A DNA stretch of 64,000 bases. Origin: TPA_inf: Saccharomyces. Its lineage: Eukaryota. The translations under genes were made by a program, and so were the position numbers. The stretch's first letter is position 1. Every line of letters starts with the position of its first letter. Positions 11,363-23,301 of the stretch are shown in pieces. The notes under the pieces were generated by a model, which did no database searches, was not told the origin of the DNA, and saw only the letters and a program-made list of their open reading frames with translations. The stretch spans positions 352,001 through 416,000 of the forward strand of contig BK006949.2 in assembly GCA_000146045.2 (NCBI GenBank), given 5' to 3'.

Positions 11363-11519
11363 TGCATATGTGCAGTTTTCATAATCTTAATAGATATTGT
11401 ACGTATTCACGTGTGAATTGCTAAAGAGGGTAGAAATCTTCAAAACAAGCAATTTGAAAATATTTACATAGGCAATGGTACATTCTAGAAACACGAAAAG
11501 CCAACAAGATAACTAATTC

Positions 11520-12104
<585 letters not shown>

Positions 12105-12385
12105 TCAAAGTTTACAAATATAACAGAGTGCTTAGCGAATACTTTATTTTATGAGTCTTGCCGTTAGTGACCCCACCCAAAATAAGATGCAAACCGGTAT
12201 ACATATTAGACATTTCCCACGTATACAAATATATTAAGTAAATAAGCCTCGTCGTGATGAACTTAAATACATGGTATTGAGAGAGTTATAAACAGGTAGA
12301 TAGATATCTTAAATAAAAATAAGCAGATAAGTAACAATGTTTAAGAAAACGATGGGGAAGCGTAAATATATGCAAAATTTCCCCC

Positions 12386-12733
<348 letters not shown>

Positions 12734-12951
12734 TTAATATTGGACTTGAAGCTGTTGCGCTATTTGTGCTATATGATCTTGTGTGGTGTTCTGTGCTTCC
12801 TTCTTATGGAAAAGTAGTGGAGTCTGTTTGGTAATGTTGGTCTTGTTCGGGAGTTTTGAAAAGAAAATAAAAAGTGGTTGGCTCATAATGTTAAGAAAGA
12901 ATTTCCAGTTTCCGATTGAACACAGCAATCTACAGGTAGACATTGTGAATC

Positions 12952-14430
12952 ATGCTCGAATTACGAAGTTGTAGTAATTTGGTCAATAGTAGTAGGAGAC
13001 TTGTGCCTCTGGTGACTTATTCCGGACTAAGTGCAATAACATTGCCTAAATCTCGATTTTATTCACAGCCTAGTGCTTTAGAAGTACAGGGCACATCGGA
13101 TTCTCGAAGCGATAATATTTTAGACGAACTCAAACAAAGGGGTCTAGTGTCCCAGGTCTCACAGCCAGAGAGTTTCCTTCGGACGAAGTTGAACGGTAAC
13201 GATAAGATCAAATTATACTGCGGGGTGGATCCCACAGCTCAGTCACTTCATTTGGGAAATCTAGTTCCACTAATGGTTTTATTACACTTTTACGTAAAAG
13301 GTCACGACATTGTCACTGTGATAGGTGGAGCTACAGGGAAAGTTGGGGACCCAAGTGGTAGGAAAACAGAAAGAGACGTTATGGAGAACGATATTAGGCA
13401 AAGCAATGTGGCATCCATCTCGCAGCAATTACAAAGGTTTTTCAAAAATGGCCTAGAATATTACAGAAACCGATGTGCTCTCACTGAAGATGTACCTTCC
13501 GGAAAATATACACCAAGGAATAATTTCAACTGGTGGAAAGACATCAAAATGTTGGATTTCTTAGCTGATTTTGGTAGGCACATTCGGGTACAATCTATGT
13601 TGGCGAGGGATTCAATTTCTTCGAGGCTTCAAACCAAAAATGGTCTGGGATTTAACGAATTTACTTACCAAGTTTTACAAGCGTACGATTTTTACCATTT
13701 GTATAAGGAAGAGAATGTGACTATACAAGTAGGTGGTAACGACCAATGGGGAAATATAACAGCCGGTATCGATCTCATCAATAGGATACAGCCTATAAAG
13801 AATAAGGGTTTGCCATTTGGTATCACTGTGCCCTTGTTGACGACGGCTACAGGAGAGAAATTTGGGAAAAGTGCAGGCAATGCTGTTTTTATTGACCCCT
13901 CAATCAATACGGCGTATGATGTTTACCAGTTCTTTTATAATACTTTGGATGCTGATGTACCCAAGTTCTTGAAGATCTTTACGTTTTTAAACTCAAGTGA
14001 AATCAAAAAAATTGTGGAAACGCATATCAAATCACCCAGTCTACGTTATGGCCAAACTTTATTGGCTAAAGAAGTCACAGATATGTTATATGGAGTTGGC
14101 TCCGGATCGGATTCAGAAGCGCTTTCTAATATTATTTTTGGACGTTATGACGGAACTTTATCTGCTGCGAAGTTAGTTGATCTATGTAAAAAAGCCAGAA
14201 TTTTGCAGTATGCTGATAGAGAGATTGACTTAATAAAGTTAATTTGTAAACTAGTAAATTGTTCAGTATCAGAAGCCAGAAGAAAACTTTCCCAGGGAAG
14301 CGTGTATCTGCATCATTCAAAATCTAAAGTAAACGAAAATATTTCTAACTTGGCTCCTTTCCTGATAGATGATCGAGTACTGATCTTGAGGATAGGAAAG
14401 CAGAAGTGTTTTATAATAGAAATGCGTTAA
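12952..14430 (+). CDS. MSY1: mitochondrial tyrosyl-tRNA synthetase (492 aa), class I aaRS
   Basis: ORF from ATG 12952. Class I HIGH-like (HLGN) and KMSKS-like (KFGKS) motifs present. Length matches YPL097W. Confidence 0.93.
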   Translation: MLELRSCSNLVNSSRRLVPLVTYSGLSAITLPKSRFYSQPSALEVQGTSDSRSDNILDELKQRGLVSQVSQPESFLRTKLNGNDKIKLYCGVDPTAQSLHLGNLVPLMVLLHFYVKGHDIVTVIGGATGKVGDPSGRKTERDVMENDIRQSNVASISQQLQRFFKNGLEYYRNRCALTEDVPSGKYTPRNNFNWWKDIKMLDFLADFGRHIRVQSMLARDSISSRLQTKNGLGFNEFTYQVLQAYDFYHLYKEENVTIQVGGNDQWGNITAGIDLINRIQPIKNKGLPFGITVPLLTTATGEKFGKSAGNAVFIDPSINTAYDVYQFFYNTLDADVPKFLKIFTFLNSSEIKKIVETHIKSPSLRYGQTLLAKEVTDMLYGVGSGSDSEALSNIIFGRYDGTLSAAKLVDLCKKARILQYADREIDLIKLICKLVNCSVSEARRKLSQGSVYLHHSKSKVNENISNLAPFLIDDRVLILRIGKQKCFIIEMR

Positions 14431-14528
14431 AAAAAAGGGAGGTATATAAAGTACATGTATAAAATAGGCATGCGTGAGGTGATATTATATCATTTTATGC
14501 ACTGACTTGTAAATAAGATTATAAACGA

Positions 14529-14735
14529 TTATTCATCTTTACTACTTGCGAACATTTCACTGTCACACCAGGCTATGAGGGCCCACAGCCAGAGAGTCGC
14601 AGGGCATAGCAGTAATACACACCAGTAGTGCAGGAAAGAGTCATTGTTGCGTAACCAGTAAAATGTAGCAAGACTAATTAGGAGTACCGAGTAAGTAAAC
14701 CCTAAAACCAAAAAGCCTTGGTCACGTGGTCTCAT
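14529..14735 (-). CDS. ERI1: tiny ER membrane protein (68 aa), GPI-GnT complex component / Ras inhibitor
   Basis: The track ORF is 74 codons; the ATG at 14735-14733 gives the 68-aa product (MRPRDQGFLVLGFTYSVLLISLATFYWLRNND...) with two hydrophobic helices. Matches YPL096C-A. It lies divergent from PNG1, 191 bp apart. Confidence 0.8.
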   Translation of the reverse strand: MRPRDQGFLVLGFTYSVLLISLATFYWLRNNDSFLHYWCVLLLCPATLWLWALIAWCDSEMFASSKDE

Positions 14736-14926
14736 GCGCTTATAAATTCTCAATCATGTAATTGAAACAGTCCTGTTGCCTAGTTTCAACTGTTCTATGC
14801 TTCTTGATGTTTTCGAAACTTTGCGTAGTGTAATCTTCCTTGTATTGTAGCGAAGAAAAAAGGATGCGTTGGGAACAGATATAGAAGACGTAAAACAACC
14901 TGAAGAAGGTAACAGGTGGAGTAGCA

Positions 14927-16018
14927 ATGGGAGAGGTATACGAAAAAAATAACATAGATTTTGATTCAATAGCCAAAATGTTGTTAATTAAGTATAAGGA
15001 TTTCATACTGTCTAAATTCAAGAAAGCTGCACCTGTAGAGAATATAAGGTTTCAGAATTTAGTCCATACAAATCAATTCGCACAAGGAGTCCTAGGTCAG
15101 AGTCAACATCTCTGTACAGTCTATGACAATCCTTCATGGCATTCTATAGTCCTGGAGACATTGGATCTGGATCTAATATATAAAAATGTTGATAAGGAAT
15201 TTGCCAAAGATGGGCATGCAGAGGGGGAAAATATATACACGGATTATCTAGTAAAGGAGCTGCTTCGCTACTTCAAACAAGATTTTTTCAAATGGTGCAA
15301 TAAACCAGATTGTAATCATTGTGGCCAGAACACTTCAGAAAATATGACACCTCTGGGCAGTCAAGGGCCCAATGGAGAGGAATCTAAATTCAATTGCGGA
15401 ACTGTTGAGATCTATAAATGCAACCGATGCGGAAATATCACTAGATTTCCTCGTTATAACGATCCAATTAAGTTGCTGGAAACTAGAAAGGGAAGATGCG
15501 GTGAATGGTGCAATTTATTTACTTTGATTTTGAAGTCGTTTGGGTTAGATGTTCGCTACGTCTGGAATAGAGAAGATCATGTTTGGTGTGAATATTTTTC
15601 AAATTTTTTGAATAGGTGGGTTCATGTCGACTCCTGTGAGCAATCATTCGACCAACCATATATCTATTCAATTAACTGGAACAAGAAAATGAGTTACTGT
15701 ATTGCGTTCGGTAAAGATGGCGTTGTTGACGTTAGTAAACGCTATATCCTCCAAAACGAGCTGCCCAGAGATCAAATCAAGGAAGAAGATTTAAAATTCC
15801 TTTGTCAATTTATAACGAAGAGGTTGAGGTATTCGTTAAATGATGACGAGATATACCAACTTGCATGTCGCGATGAGCAGGAACAGATAGAGCTGATTAG
15901 AGGAAAGACACAAGAAACGAAATCCGAAAGCGTCAGTGCCGCTTCGAAATCATCTAATCGTGGTAGAGAAAGTGGATCGGCGGATTGGAAAGCACAGCGT
16001 GGGGAGGATGGTAAATAG
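14927..16018 (+). CDS. PNG1: peptide:N-glycanase (363 aa), transglutaminase-like fold
   Basis: ORF from ATG 14927. Zn-binding CxxC...CxxC region and a transglutaminase-like catalytic core (GRCGEW, HVWCEY, D). Length matches YPL096W. Confidence 0.93.
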   Translation: MGEVYEKNNIDFDSIAKMLLIKYKDFILSKFKKAAPVENIRFQNLVHTNQFAQGVLGQSQHLCTVYDNPSWHSIVLETLDLDLIYKNVDKEFAKDGHAEGENIYTDYLVKELLRYFKQDFFKWCNKPDCNHCGQNTSENMTPLGSQGPNGEESKFNCGTVEIYKCNRCGNITRFPRYNDPIKLLETRKGRCGEWCNLFTLILKSFGLDVRYVWNREDHVWCEYFSNFLNRWVHVDSCEQSFDQPYIYSINWNKKMSYCIAFGKDGVVDVSKRYILQNELPRDQIKEEDLKFLCQFITKRLRYSLNDDEIYQLACRDEQEQIELIRGKTQETKSESVSAASKSSNRGRESGSADWKAQRGEDGK

Positions 16019-16070
16019 AGAAATAAAAGAACAGATTATTATGTGTAAGGAATTTTATCTAAGAACATAT

Positions 16071-17441
16071 TTATAAAACTAACTCATCAAAGCTGCCCAA
16101 GAACTCGGCAGCTTGCTTTGTTAACCAGGAATTACTTTCATTGTCGAGATAAGCCAAATGTCCACCCAAGTCAGTCTCGCATAACAACACACAAGGATTT
16201 TCTCTAGCTTGTTTGTACGGAATTACGTTTTCACCTGTAACTGGATCATCCGTTGCGTTGATTATTAAAGTTGGGATTTTGATATTAGGCAATCTATTTA
16301 TCGAACTGGCCTTTCTATAATATGTTAACCCGTCCGGCAGGCCCATCGATGGGGCAGTGAAAAGATTATCGAATTCTAATATGTCTGTAAATTTTTCAGC
16401 CTTTTCCAAATTTTCTCTGGTATACGTATAAAAGACTGGTTTCTCAACTGTCGGTTTGTGCGAAACCTCAAAATTCTCTGGTACCTGCAACTCATTCATA
16501 TTAACCTTGACAGTCCTTGTTAGAAATTGTGTTAAAGTTCTAGAAAAAATATGGTTGGACCACCAATCATGAGCCAACTTGTCCCAAGTGTGTACGAAAT
16601 CCCATGGGTTTGAGAGAGCGACTGCAGCATTTAATGGACAGTTATCTCCTTCTTCACCTAAGTAGTTCGTTAGCATGGCTGCTCCAAATGATGTTCCGAC
16701 TGCATATATTTTTCTTTGCGGAAATAGAGCTTTTTGGTGGTTCAAAAATTCTCTCACATCACCTGTGTGTAATGCGGTAAAGATTCTACGGGTGGTGACT
16801 TTAGATCTTGAGCAACCTCTAGCATTAAGGACTACCACTTGGAATTTACCGTCACCGACTTTTGATAGATCTTCAGATAATGCCCTGATGAGAGGCTCAT
16901 GGCTTCCCCCTGCAAGACCATGAAGTACTACCACTAAAGGGTAAGAATAACCCTTAGAATGACATTTTTCAAGTTCCTCAGAGGATAGATATCTAGTTCT
17001 CGGGTGAAGACGAGGCCAACCCTTTGGATGGGTGGCCTTTTCATCGTTCGAAAATTGTTTCTCGTTAAAACTAGCCTTTTCAGCATTTAATGAATATGTT
17101 TGCTCCCATTCAGGCATAACCCAATCTGCAGTGCAGACCCCTCCATCAGAAAATTTTATAATCTCTCTTCCATAAAATACCTGAAATTTTTTGGAAAAAT
17201 CACCGGCTGACAAATAAAGGGTCTGTAAGTAACCTGTGAAAAGCAAGCTGTTTAACCTAAAATTTGCACCATCTTTGAGTGTAGGCACGTGTTTGGTTAC
17301 GAATTCATGAAGAGGAATTTGGCGCTTAGAATCTCTGAAAGCCAAAGACTTGGTTCCTTTCTCTCCCAGTACATGTTTGACGGTGCCGTTATAGCCCCAA
17401 TGGCTAGGAGTGACAGTTGGATAGTAACCCGAGCGAAACAT
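16071..17441 (-). CDS. EEB1: alpha/beta-hydrolase acyl-CoA:ethanol O-acyltransferase (456 aa), Eht1/Eeb1 family
   Basis: The track ORF begins at a TTG 18 codons upstream; the ATG at 17441-17439 gives [10 protein letters not shown]... A GTSFG nucleophile-elbow motif is present. Length 456 aa matches YPL095C. Confidence 0.88.
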
Positions 17442-17838
17442 TAAAATGACAAATATGAAAATACTTGATATCTTGATCTTTTTGCTAATCTTCAAAAATA
17501 CCGAAAACTAAGTAGGCAACCAGATGCAGAACCCTTCTTATATAATCGATTCCTGTAAGCAAGTGTCAGCAAATAGCTTCTATATAGAGACCTTTCGGTG
17601 AAAGTATATTAAAGCCGGCCGGAAATTGAGTAATAATAACCGCTAATTATGCGGTGTGTGGATTCAGATTTTTGCCAGGAGCGATAACCTTCAAATCTAA
17701 AACTACTCACTATAAGCGATGAAGCAACCAGATGGTAGCGCTTTGGTGCCGGTTCTCTTGAAGGTTTGTACATGTGCGAGTTCATGAGGTTACAATATAG
17801 AAGGTTTATACAGTAGAGCTATACAGGATAATGGAAGT

Positions 17839-18663
17839 TCAGTTTTGTTCGGCTTTTTCATTGATGGCTTTCTTCTTATTGCTTTCTCTCTTGGCTTGTT
17901 TCTTCTTCATTCTTTTCAGTTTCTTTTTGTAACTATAAGTATCCTTCTCACCAAAACCGTAAAGTGGCTTAAAACTCTCTAGTACACCGCAATCTTCGAA
18001 CAGGTTGGGAAAGATCCAGAACCCACCAACATCTTTGTAGACAATTAATGACAAAACATATAATATCAATCTCAGGATAGCGACAGCAAAGAAGCCTGCT
18101 AAGATGCCGAAGGCACCCAGAGACACATAATAGGAGCCGCGTCTCATGGAGCGCGGCCACAATGGGTAGCATACGAGCGCCAATATGATGGACACGACAC
18201 CAATGACGATCAAGTAATCCATGTAGGTTCTAGGGTTATAGTTCCAAACAAAGTATTCATCGGCTTCCAATTGTGCTTTATTCGAAACAATCAAGTGCGG
18301 AAAGTCCTTGCTTGGCTTCAATCCATGCTCTTTGCATTCTTGACTATGCAATTTTTTCACTGGGATCACCATTTGTGCCTTTATAAGTTGAATAAAGATT
18401 TCACGTGACTTAAGCTGGTCTTCGATCTTGTTAGAAGGTATAGTTGGATATATCTCTGGCTGTCTTGCAGATTTGTTGGCATACTCCTCAGAATGCAGTG
18501 CCCTAACAAATCTCTTGTAACGGAAGAAGTCTGTCTGCTTGGCCTGGAATAAACCCTGCCTTTGCTTCAACTCCTTATGGTTGCGTAAAAGAGTAGCAAT
18601 GGCTGTAGCAGATCCGCCATTGACACTAGCACCTGCATTGCTACCTGGACCTACGGCTGACAT
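17839..18663 (-). CDS. SEC62: Sec63-complex subunit for post-translational ER translocation (274 aa)
   Basis: The track ORF starts at a GTG 65 codons upstream; the ATG at 18663-18661 gives [17 protein letters not shown]... Two transmembrane helices and a basic C-terminal tail. Length matches YPL094C. Confidence 0.88.
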   Translation of the reverse strand: MSAVGPGSNAGASVNGGSATAIATLLRNHKELKQRQGLFQAKQTDFFRYKRFVRALHSEEYANKSARQPEIYPTIPSNKIEDQLKSREIFIQLIKAQMVIPVKKLHSQECKEHGLKPSKDFPHLIVSNKAQLEADEYFVWNYNPRTYMDYLIVIGVVSIILALVCYPLWPRSMRRGSYYVSLGAFGILAGFFAVAILRLILYVLSLIVYKDVGGFWIFPNLFEDCGVLESFKPLYGFGEKDTYSYKKKLKRMKKKQAKRESNKKKAINEKAEQN

Positions 18664-18846
18664 GTTCTCCTGTGTTTGCTCGGCTACCATACTGCATTCA
18701 ACTGCAATTATAAAAGCCCACTCTTCTCCCTCTTGATTTGTATGCCAGTATTGGGAAAACGACACGTCTATTCCGTCGCACACGATCTTCACTTTCTTTT
18801 TTTTTTTCAACTGAACGAAAAGTTTTTTCCGCAGCTCATCGCAAAG

Positions 18847-18876
18847 AAAAATTTTCACCTATGTACTACCTCATCT
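18847..18876 (+). promoter_or_regulatory. RRPE (AAAAATTTT, 18847-18855) and a PAC-like core (reverse-strand AGATGAGG, 18869-18876) about 100-130 nt upstream of NOG1
   Basis: gAAAAATTTTc and cCTCATCTa seen directly. NOG1 is a ribosome-biogenesis gene, and the RiBi regulon is defined by PAC/RRPE promoter motifs. Confidence 0.45.
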
Positions 18877-18977
18877 AATACAATATAAAGAATACACTTC
18901 AGATTTAGGAGTTGCAGCGTTTATAAAAAAGTAAGTGTACCCTCCAAAAGCAAACACATCTCCCTCCTATACCGAAG

Positions 18978-20921
18978 ATGCAACTTTCATGGAAGGATAT
19001 CCCTACTGTCGCTCCAGCAAATGATTTGCTGGATATTGTCTTGAACAGAACCCAGAGAAAGACACCAACTGTGATCAGACCTGGTTTCAAGATTACAAGA
19101 ATCAGAGCGTTCTATATGCGTAAAGTTAAATACACAGGTGAAGGTTTCGTGGAAAAATTTGAGGACATTTTAAAGGGTTTTCCTAACATCAATGACGTGC
19201 ATCCTTTCCATAGAGATTTGATGGACACCCTATACGAAAAGAATCATTACAAGATATCTTTGGCAGCTATATCTCGTGCGAAGTCCCTTGTGGAACAAGT
19301 CGCCAGAGATTATGTCAGATTGCTAAAATTCGGTCAATCTTTATTTCAATGTAAACAATTGAAAAGGGCCGCTTTAGGTAGAATGGCAACTATAGTCAAG
19401 AAATTGAGGGACCCATTGGCCTATTTGGAACAAGTCAGACAGCACATTGGTAGATTACCATCGATCGACCCAAATACCAGAACCTTGCTGATCTGTGGTT
19501 ATCCAAATGTCGGTAAGTCCTCGTTTTTGAGATGCATTACCAAATCAGACGTCGATGTTCAACCATATGCTTTCACAACCAAGAGTTTATACGTTGGTCA
19601 TTTTGACTACAAATACTTGAGATTTCAAGCTATTGACACCCCTGGTATCCTAGATAGACCCACTGAAGAAATGAACAACATTGAAATGCAATCGATTTAT
19701 GCCATTGCCCATTTACGTTCTTGTGTTTTGTACTTCATGGATCTTTCCGAACAATGTGGTTTCACCATCGAAGCTCAAGTTAAACTATTCCACTCCATCA
19801 AGCCTCTATTCGCCAACAAGTCTGTCATGGTTGTTATCAACAAAACCGACATTATCAGACCGGAGGATTTAGACGAAGAGCGTGCACAATTACTGGAATC
19901 TGTTAAGGAGGTTCCAGGTGTTGAAATCATGACTTCTTCATGCCAACTGGAAGAAAACGTTATGGAAGTTAGAAACAAAGCATGTGAAAAACTATTGGCT
20001 TCTAGAATTGAGAATAAGTTGAAATCTCAGTCTAGAATCAACAATGTTCTGAACAAGATTCATGTTGCTCAACCTCAAGCAAGAGATGATGTCAAGAGAA
20101 CACCATTTATCCCAGAATCTGTCAAGAATTTGAAGAAATACGACCCTGAAGATCCAAACAGGAGAAAGTTGGCCAGAGACATCGAAGCTGAAAATGGTGG
20201 TGCTGGTGTCTTCAATGTTAACTTGAAGGACAAGTACCTATTAGAAGATGATGAGTGGAAGAATGACATCATGCCAGAAATCTTGGATGGTAAGAATGTT
20301 TATGATTTCTTGGACCCTGAAATCGCTGCTAAACTGCAGGCTCTTGAAGAAGAAGAAGAAAAATTGGAGAACGAAGGGTTCTACAATTCTGACGATGAGG
20401 AAGAAATCTACGACGGTTTCGAAGCATCCGAAGTAGATGATATCAAGGAGAAAGCTGCATGGATTAGAAATAGACAAAAGACGATGATTGCTGAAGCAAG
20501 AAATAGGAAGTCCTTGAAGAACAAAGCTATCATGCCACGTTCTAAACTAACTAAGTCCTTTGGTAAAATGGAAGAACACATGTCCACTTTGGGCCATGAC
20601 ATGTCAGCCTTACAAGATAAACAGAACCGTGCTGCTCGTAAGAACCGTTATGTTGAAAGAGGTTCTGATGTTGTTTTTGGCGACCAAGATGCTTTGACAG
20701 CTTCCACTGAAAACGGTGTCAAGTTGAGACAAACCGATAGACTGTTGGATGGTGTTGCTGATGGCTCCATGAGATCCAAGGCCGACAGGATGGCCAAGAT
20801 GGAAAGAAGAGAAAGAAATAGACATGCCAAGCAAGGTGAATCTGATAGACACAATGCTGTTTCCTTATCAAAGCATTTATTCAGTGGTAAGCGTGGTGTC
20901 GGTAAGACAGATTTCCGTTGA
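18978..20921 (+). CDS. NOG1: nucleolar GTPase of pre-60S ribosomes (647 aa)
   Basis: ORF from ATG 18978. G1 P-loop GYPNVGKSS, G3 DTPG and G4 NKTD motifs present. Length matches YPL093W. Confidence 0.95.
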   Translation: MQLSWKDIPTVAPANDLLDIVLNRTQRKTPTVIRPGFKITRIRAFYMRKVKYTGEGFVEKFEDILKGFPNINDVHPFHRDLMDTLYEKNHYKISLAAISRAKSLVEQVARDYVRLLKFGQSLFQCKQLKRAALGRMATIVKKLRDPLAYLEQVRQHIGRLPSIDPNTRTLLICGYPNVGKSSFLRCITKSDVDVQPYAFTTKSLYVGHFDYKYLRFQAIDTPGILDRPTEEMNNIEMQSIYAIAHLRSCVLYFMDLSEQCGFTIEAQVKLFHSIKPLFANKSVMVVINKTDIIRPEDLDEERAQLLESVKEVPGVEIMTSSCQLEENVMEVRNKACEKLLASRIENKLKSQSRINNVLNKIHVAQPQARDDVKRTPFIPESVKNLKKYDPEDPNRRKLARDIEAENGGAGVFNVNLKDKYLLEDDEWKNDIMPEILDGKNVYDFLDPEIAAKLQALEEEEEKLENEGFYNSDDEEEIYDGFEASEVDDIKEKAAWIRNRQKTMIAEARNRKSLKNKAIMPRSKLTKSFGKMEEHMSTLGHDMSALQDKQNRAARKNRYVERGSDVVFGDQDALTASTENGVKLRQTDRLLDGVADGSMRSKADRMAKMERRERNRHAKQGESDRHNAVSLSKHLFSGKRGVGKTDFR

Positions 20922-21403
20922 TTTCTCTACTTCTTATTCTTTCTTTTGCATGTACTTTAAAAAAAATATGAATATAAAATGTGGATGTACGTACACGACA
21001 TTCTAATCTTTTTGGGCTGGTAGGATTACCATTTACATTTGATTATCTCTCTCACTATTAGTGGTTTCTTTTTCTTTCTTTCTCACTTTTTCTGTATCTT
21101 TTTTTTAAAAAAATTTTATTTAATCTGTATAATAATAATAAACCGATTTAAATTATCCAACAAGCCGACCCCTCCATGTTCTACTATTTTTTTGTATGTC
21201 ACTGGATGTATACAAATAATTAAGCATGTGGAAAAAGAAGGGGTGGGATAGCGTCAAGATGACACTTCTACTTTTTTGTGACACATCATCATGCAACCTA
21301 TCGAGTCTCCCACGAGGTTGACAAATAAGAAATTGTTATCGTTTTTGCAGTGTATCGTATAAGGCAACAATAGCGATGTCTCCCATCAATTGACTGATAA
21401 ATT

Positions 21404-21420
21404 CCTGCAAACTATCATTT
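21404..21420 (+). promoter_or_regulatory. candidate Fzf1 binding site (CTATCA core at 21412-21417) about 380 nt upstream of the SSU1 ATG
   Basis: tcctgcaaaCTATCATTTTTTTTTTTTCATCC matches my recollection of the Fzf1 consensus (...CTATCAYTTYY), followed by a T12 tract. The consensus is recalled, not looked up. Confidence 0.45.
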
Positions 21421-21792
21421 TTTTTTTTTCATCCTTGTGCCGCGTCTGTAGCCGAAAATCTGAGAGTGCATGAATCTTAAAAAACAGAAGACTCATCGCC
21501 GTCTTTGGCACATTGGGGTTGTCTTTGACTTCTTTTGCTTATTTTTGCTCACTTTGCTTATTTTACCTATTTAACTAGAGGTTCTAAAAGAATAGCCAAC
21601 CAGCGTGTAGTTCTTATTTCTAATCCTTGTCTTGTTAAGTTGAAACTTGTGATATTGGCTGAACAAATTCTCCGCATTTAGACAACACACAAATTACAGC
21701 TTTCCCCTAGTAACGATTGTTGATTGAGCTCAGACAATACGCGCAATTTAAAAACGTTTTATAGTGTAAGAGAAGACAAGTACAAGAAAAAA

Positions 21793-23169
21793 ATGGTTGC
21801 CAATTGGGTACTTGCTCTTACGAGGCAGTTTGACCCCTTCATGTTTATGATGGTCATGGGTGTCGGCATTTCATCGAATATTCTATATAGCTTCCCATAT
21901 CCTGCAAGGTGGCTAAGAATATGCTCCTACATCATGTTTGCTATCGCTTGCCTTATTTTCATTGCTGTGCAGGCACTACAAATATTACATTTGATTGTCT
22001 ATATTAAGGAGAAAAGCTTCAGAGAATATTTTAATGACTTTTTCAGAAATATGAAGCACAATTTATTTTGGGGTACTTATCCCATGGGGTTAGTTACAAT
22101 TATAAATTTCTTAGGAGCACTCTCGAAAGCGAACACGACGAAGAGCCCCACTAATGCCAGAAATTTGATGATATTTGTTTACGTCTTGTGGTGGTATGAT
22201 CTCGCAGTCTGTCTAGTAATAGCGTGGGGTATCTCGTTTCTCATCTGGCATGACTATTACCCTTTGGAAGGGATTGGGAATTATCCTTCATATAATATCA
22301 AAATGGCATCCGAAAACATGAAAAGTGTATTGCTACTGGATATCATTCCGCTGGTTGTCGTCGCTTCAAGTTGTGGAACATTCACAATGTCAGAAATATT
22401 CTTCCATGCGTTTAATAGAAACATTCAACTGATAACGTTGGTCATATGTGCCTTAACGTGGCTGCATGCCATTATCTTCGTCTTCATACTGATTGCGATA
22501 TACTTCTGGAGTCTTTATATTAATAAGATACCACCAATGACACAGGTTTTCACCTTATTCCTGCTTTTGGGCCCGATGGGCCAAGGAAGTTTTGGAGTCT
22601 TATTGCTTACAGATAATATAAAAAAATATGCGGGCAAATATTACCCAACAGATAACATTACAAGAGAACAAGAGATATTGACTATTGCAGTTCCATGGTG
22701 TTTCAAAATTCTAGGCATGGTTTCTGCTATGGCATTGCTCGCTATGGGCTATTTTTTCACCGTGATTTCTGTCGTTTCAATCCTGTCGTACTACAATAAA
22801 AAAGAGATTGAAAACGAGACAGGAAAAGTGAAGAGAGTTTATACCTTCCACAAAGGTTTTTGGGGGATGACTTTCCCGATGGGTACTATGTCTTTAGGAA
22901 ACGAAGAGTTATATGTGCAGTATAACCAGTACGTTCCCTTATATGCATTTAGAGTCCTAGGAACCATATACGGCGGTGTTTGCGTTTGTTGGTCAATTCT
23001 ATGCCTTTTATGCACATTGCATGAGTATTCTAAAAAGATGCTGCATGCTGCCCGTAAATCTTCATTATTTTCAGAGTCAGGTACGGAAAAGACGACAGTT
23101 TCTCCGTATAACAGCATTGAAAGCGTGGAAGAATCAAACTCGGCTCTAGATTTTACGCGTTTAGCATAA
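21793..23169 (+). CDS. SSU1: plasma-membrane sulfite efflux pump, TDT/SLAC family (458 aa)
   Basis: The track ORF has a 23-codon non-ATG-start extension; the first ATG at 21793 gives MVANWVLALTRQFDPFMF... Polytopic membrane protein of about 10 transmembrane helices. Length 458 aa matches YPL092W. Confidence 0.9.
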   Translation: MVANWVLALTRQFDPFMFMMVMGVGISSNILYSFPYPARWLRICSYIMFAIACLIFIAVQALQILHLIVYIKEKSFREYFNDFFRNMKHNLFWGTYPMGLVTIINFLGALSKANTTKSPTNARNLMIFVYVLWWYDLAVCLVIAWGISFLIWHDYYPLEGIGNYPSYNIKMASENMKSVLLLDIIPLVVVASSCGTFTMSEIFFHAFNRNIQLITLVICALTWLHAIIFVFILIAIYFWSLYINKIPPMTQVFTLFLLLGPMGQGSFGVLLLTDNIKKYAGKYYPTDNITREQEILTIAVPWCFKILGMVSAMALLAMGYFFTVISVVSILSYYNKKEIENETGKVKRVYTFHKGFWGMTFPMGTMSLGNEELYVQYNQYVPLYAFRVLGTIYGGVCVCWSILCLLCTLHEYSKKMLHAARKSSLFSESGTEKTTVSPYNSIESVEESNSALDFTRLA

Positions 23170-23301
23170 AATTGTTGGTTTTATACGTACATAATTGGCA
23201 AGCATTTCATGTAGGAGTCTCAATAGATAGTTTAATTCATTTGCACGGCGCTTTGCTGCTTTTGCTTCTTCACGTTGGTTTTCACTATGCCTGATATTTT
23301 T

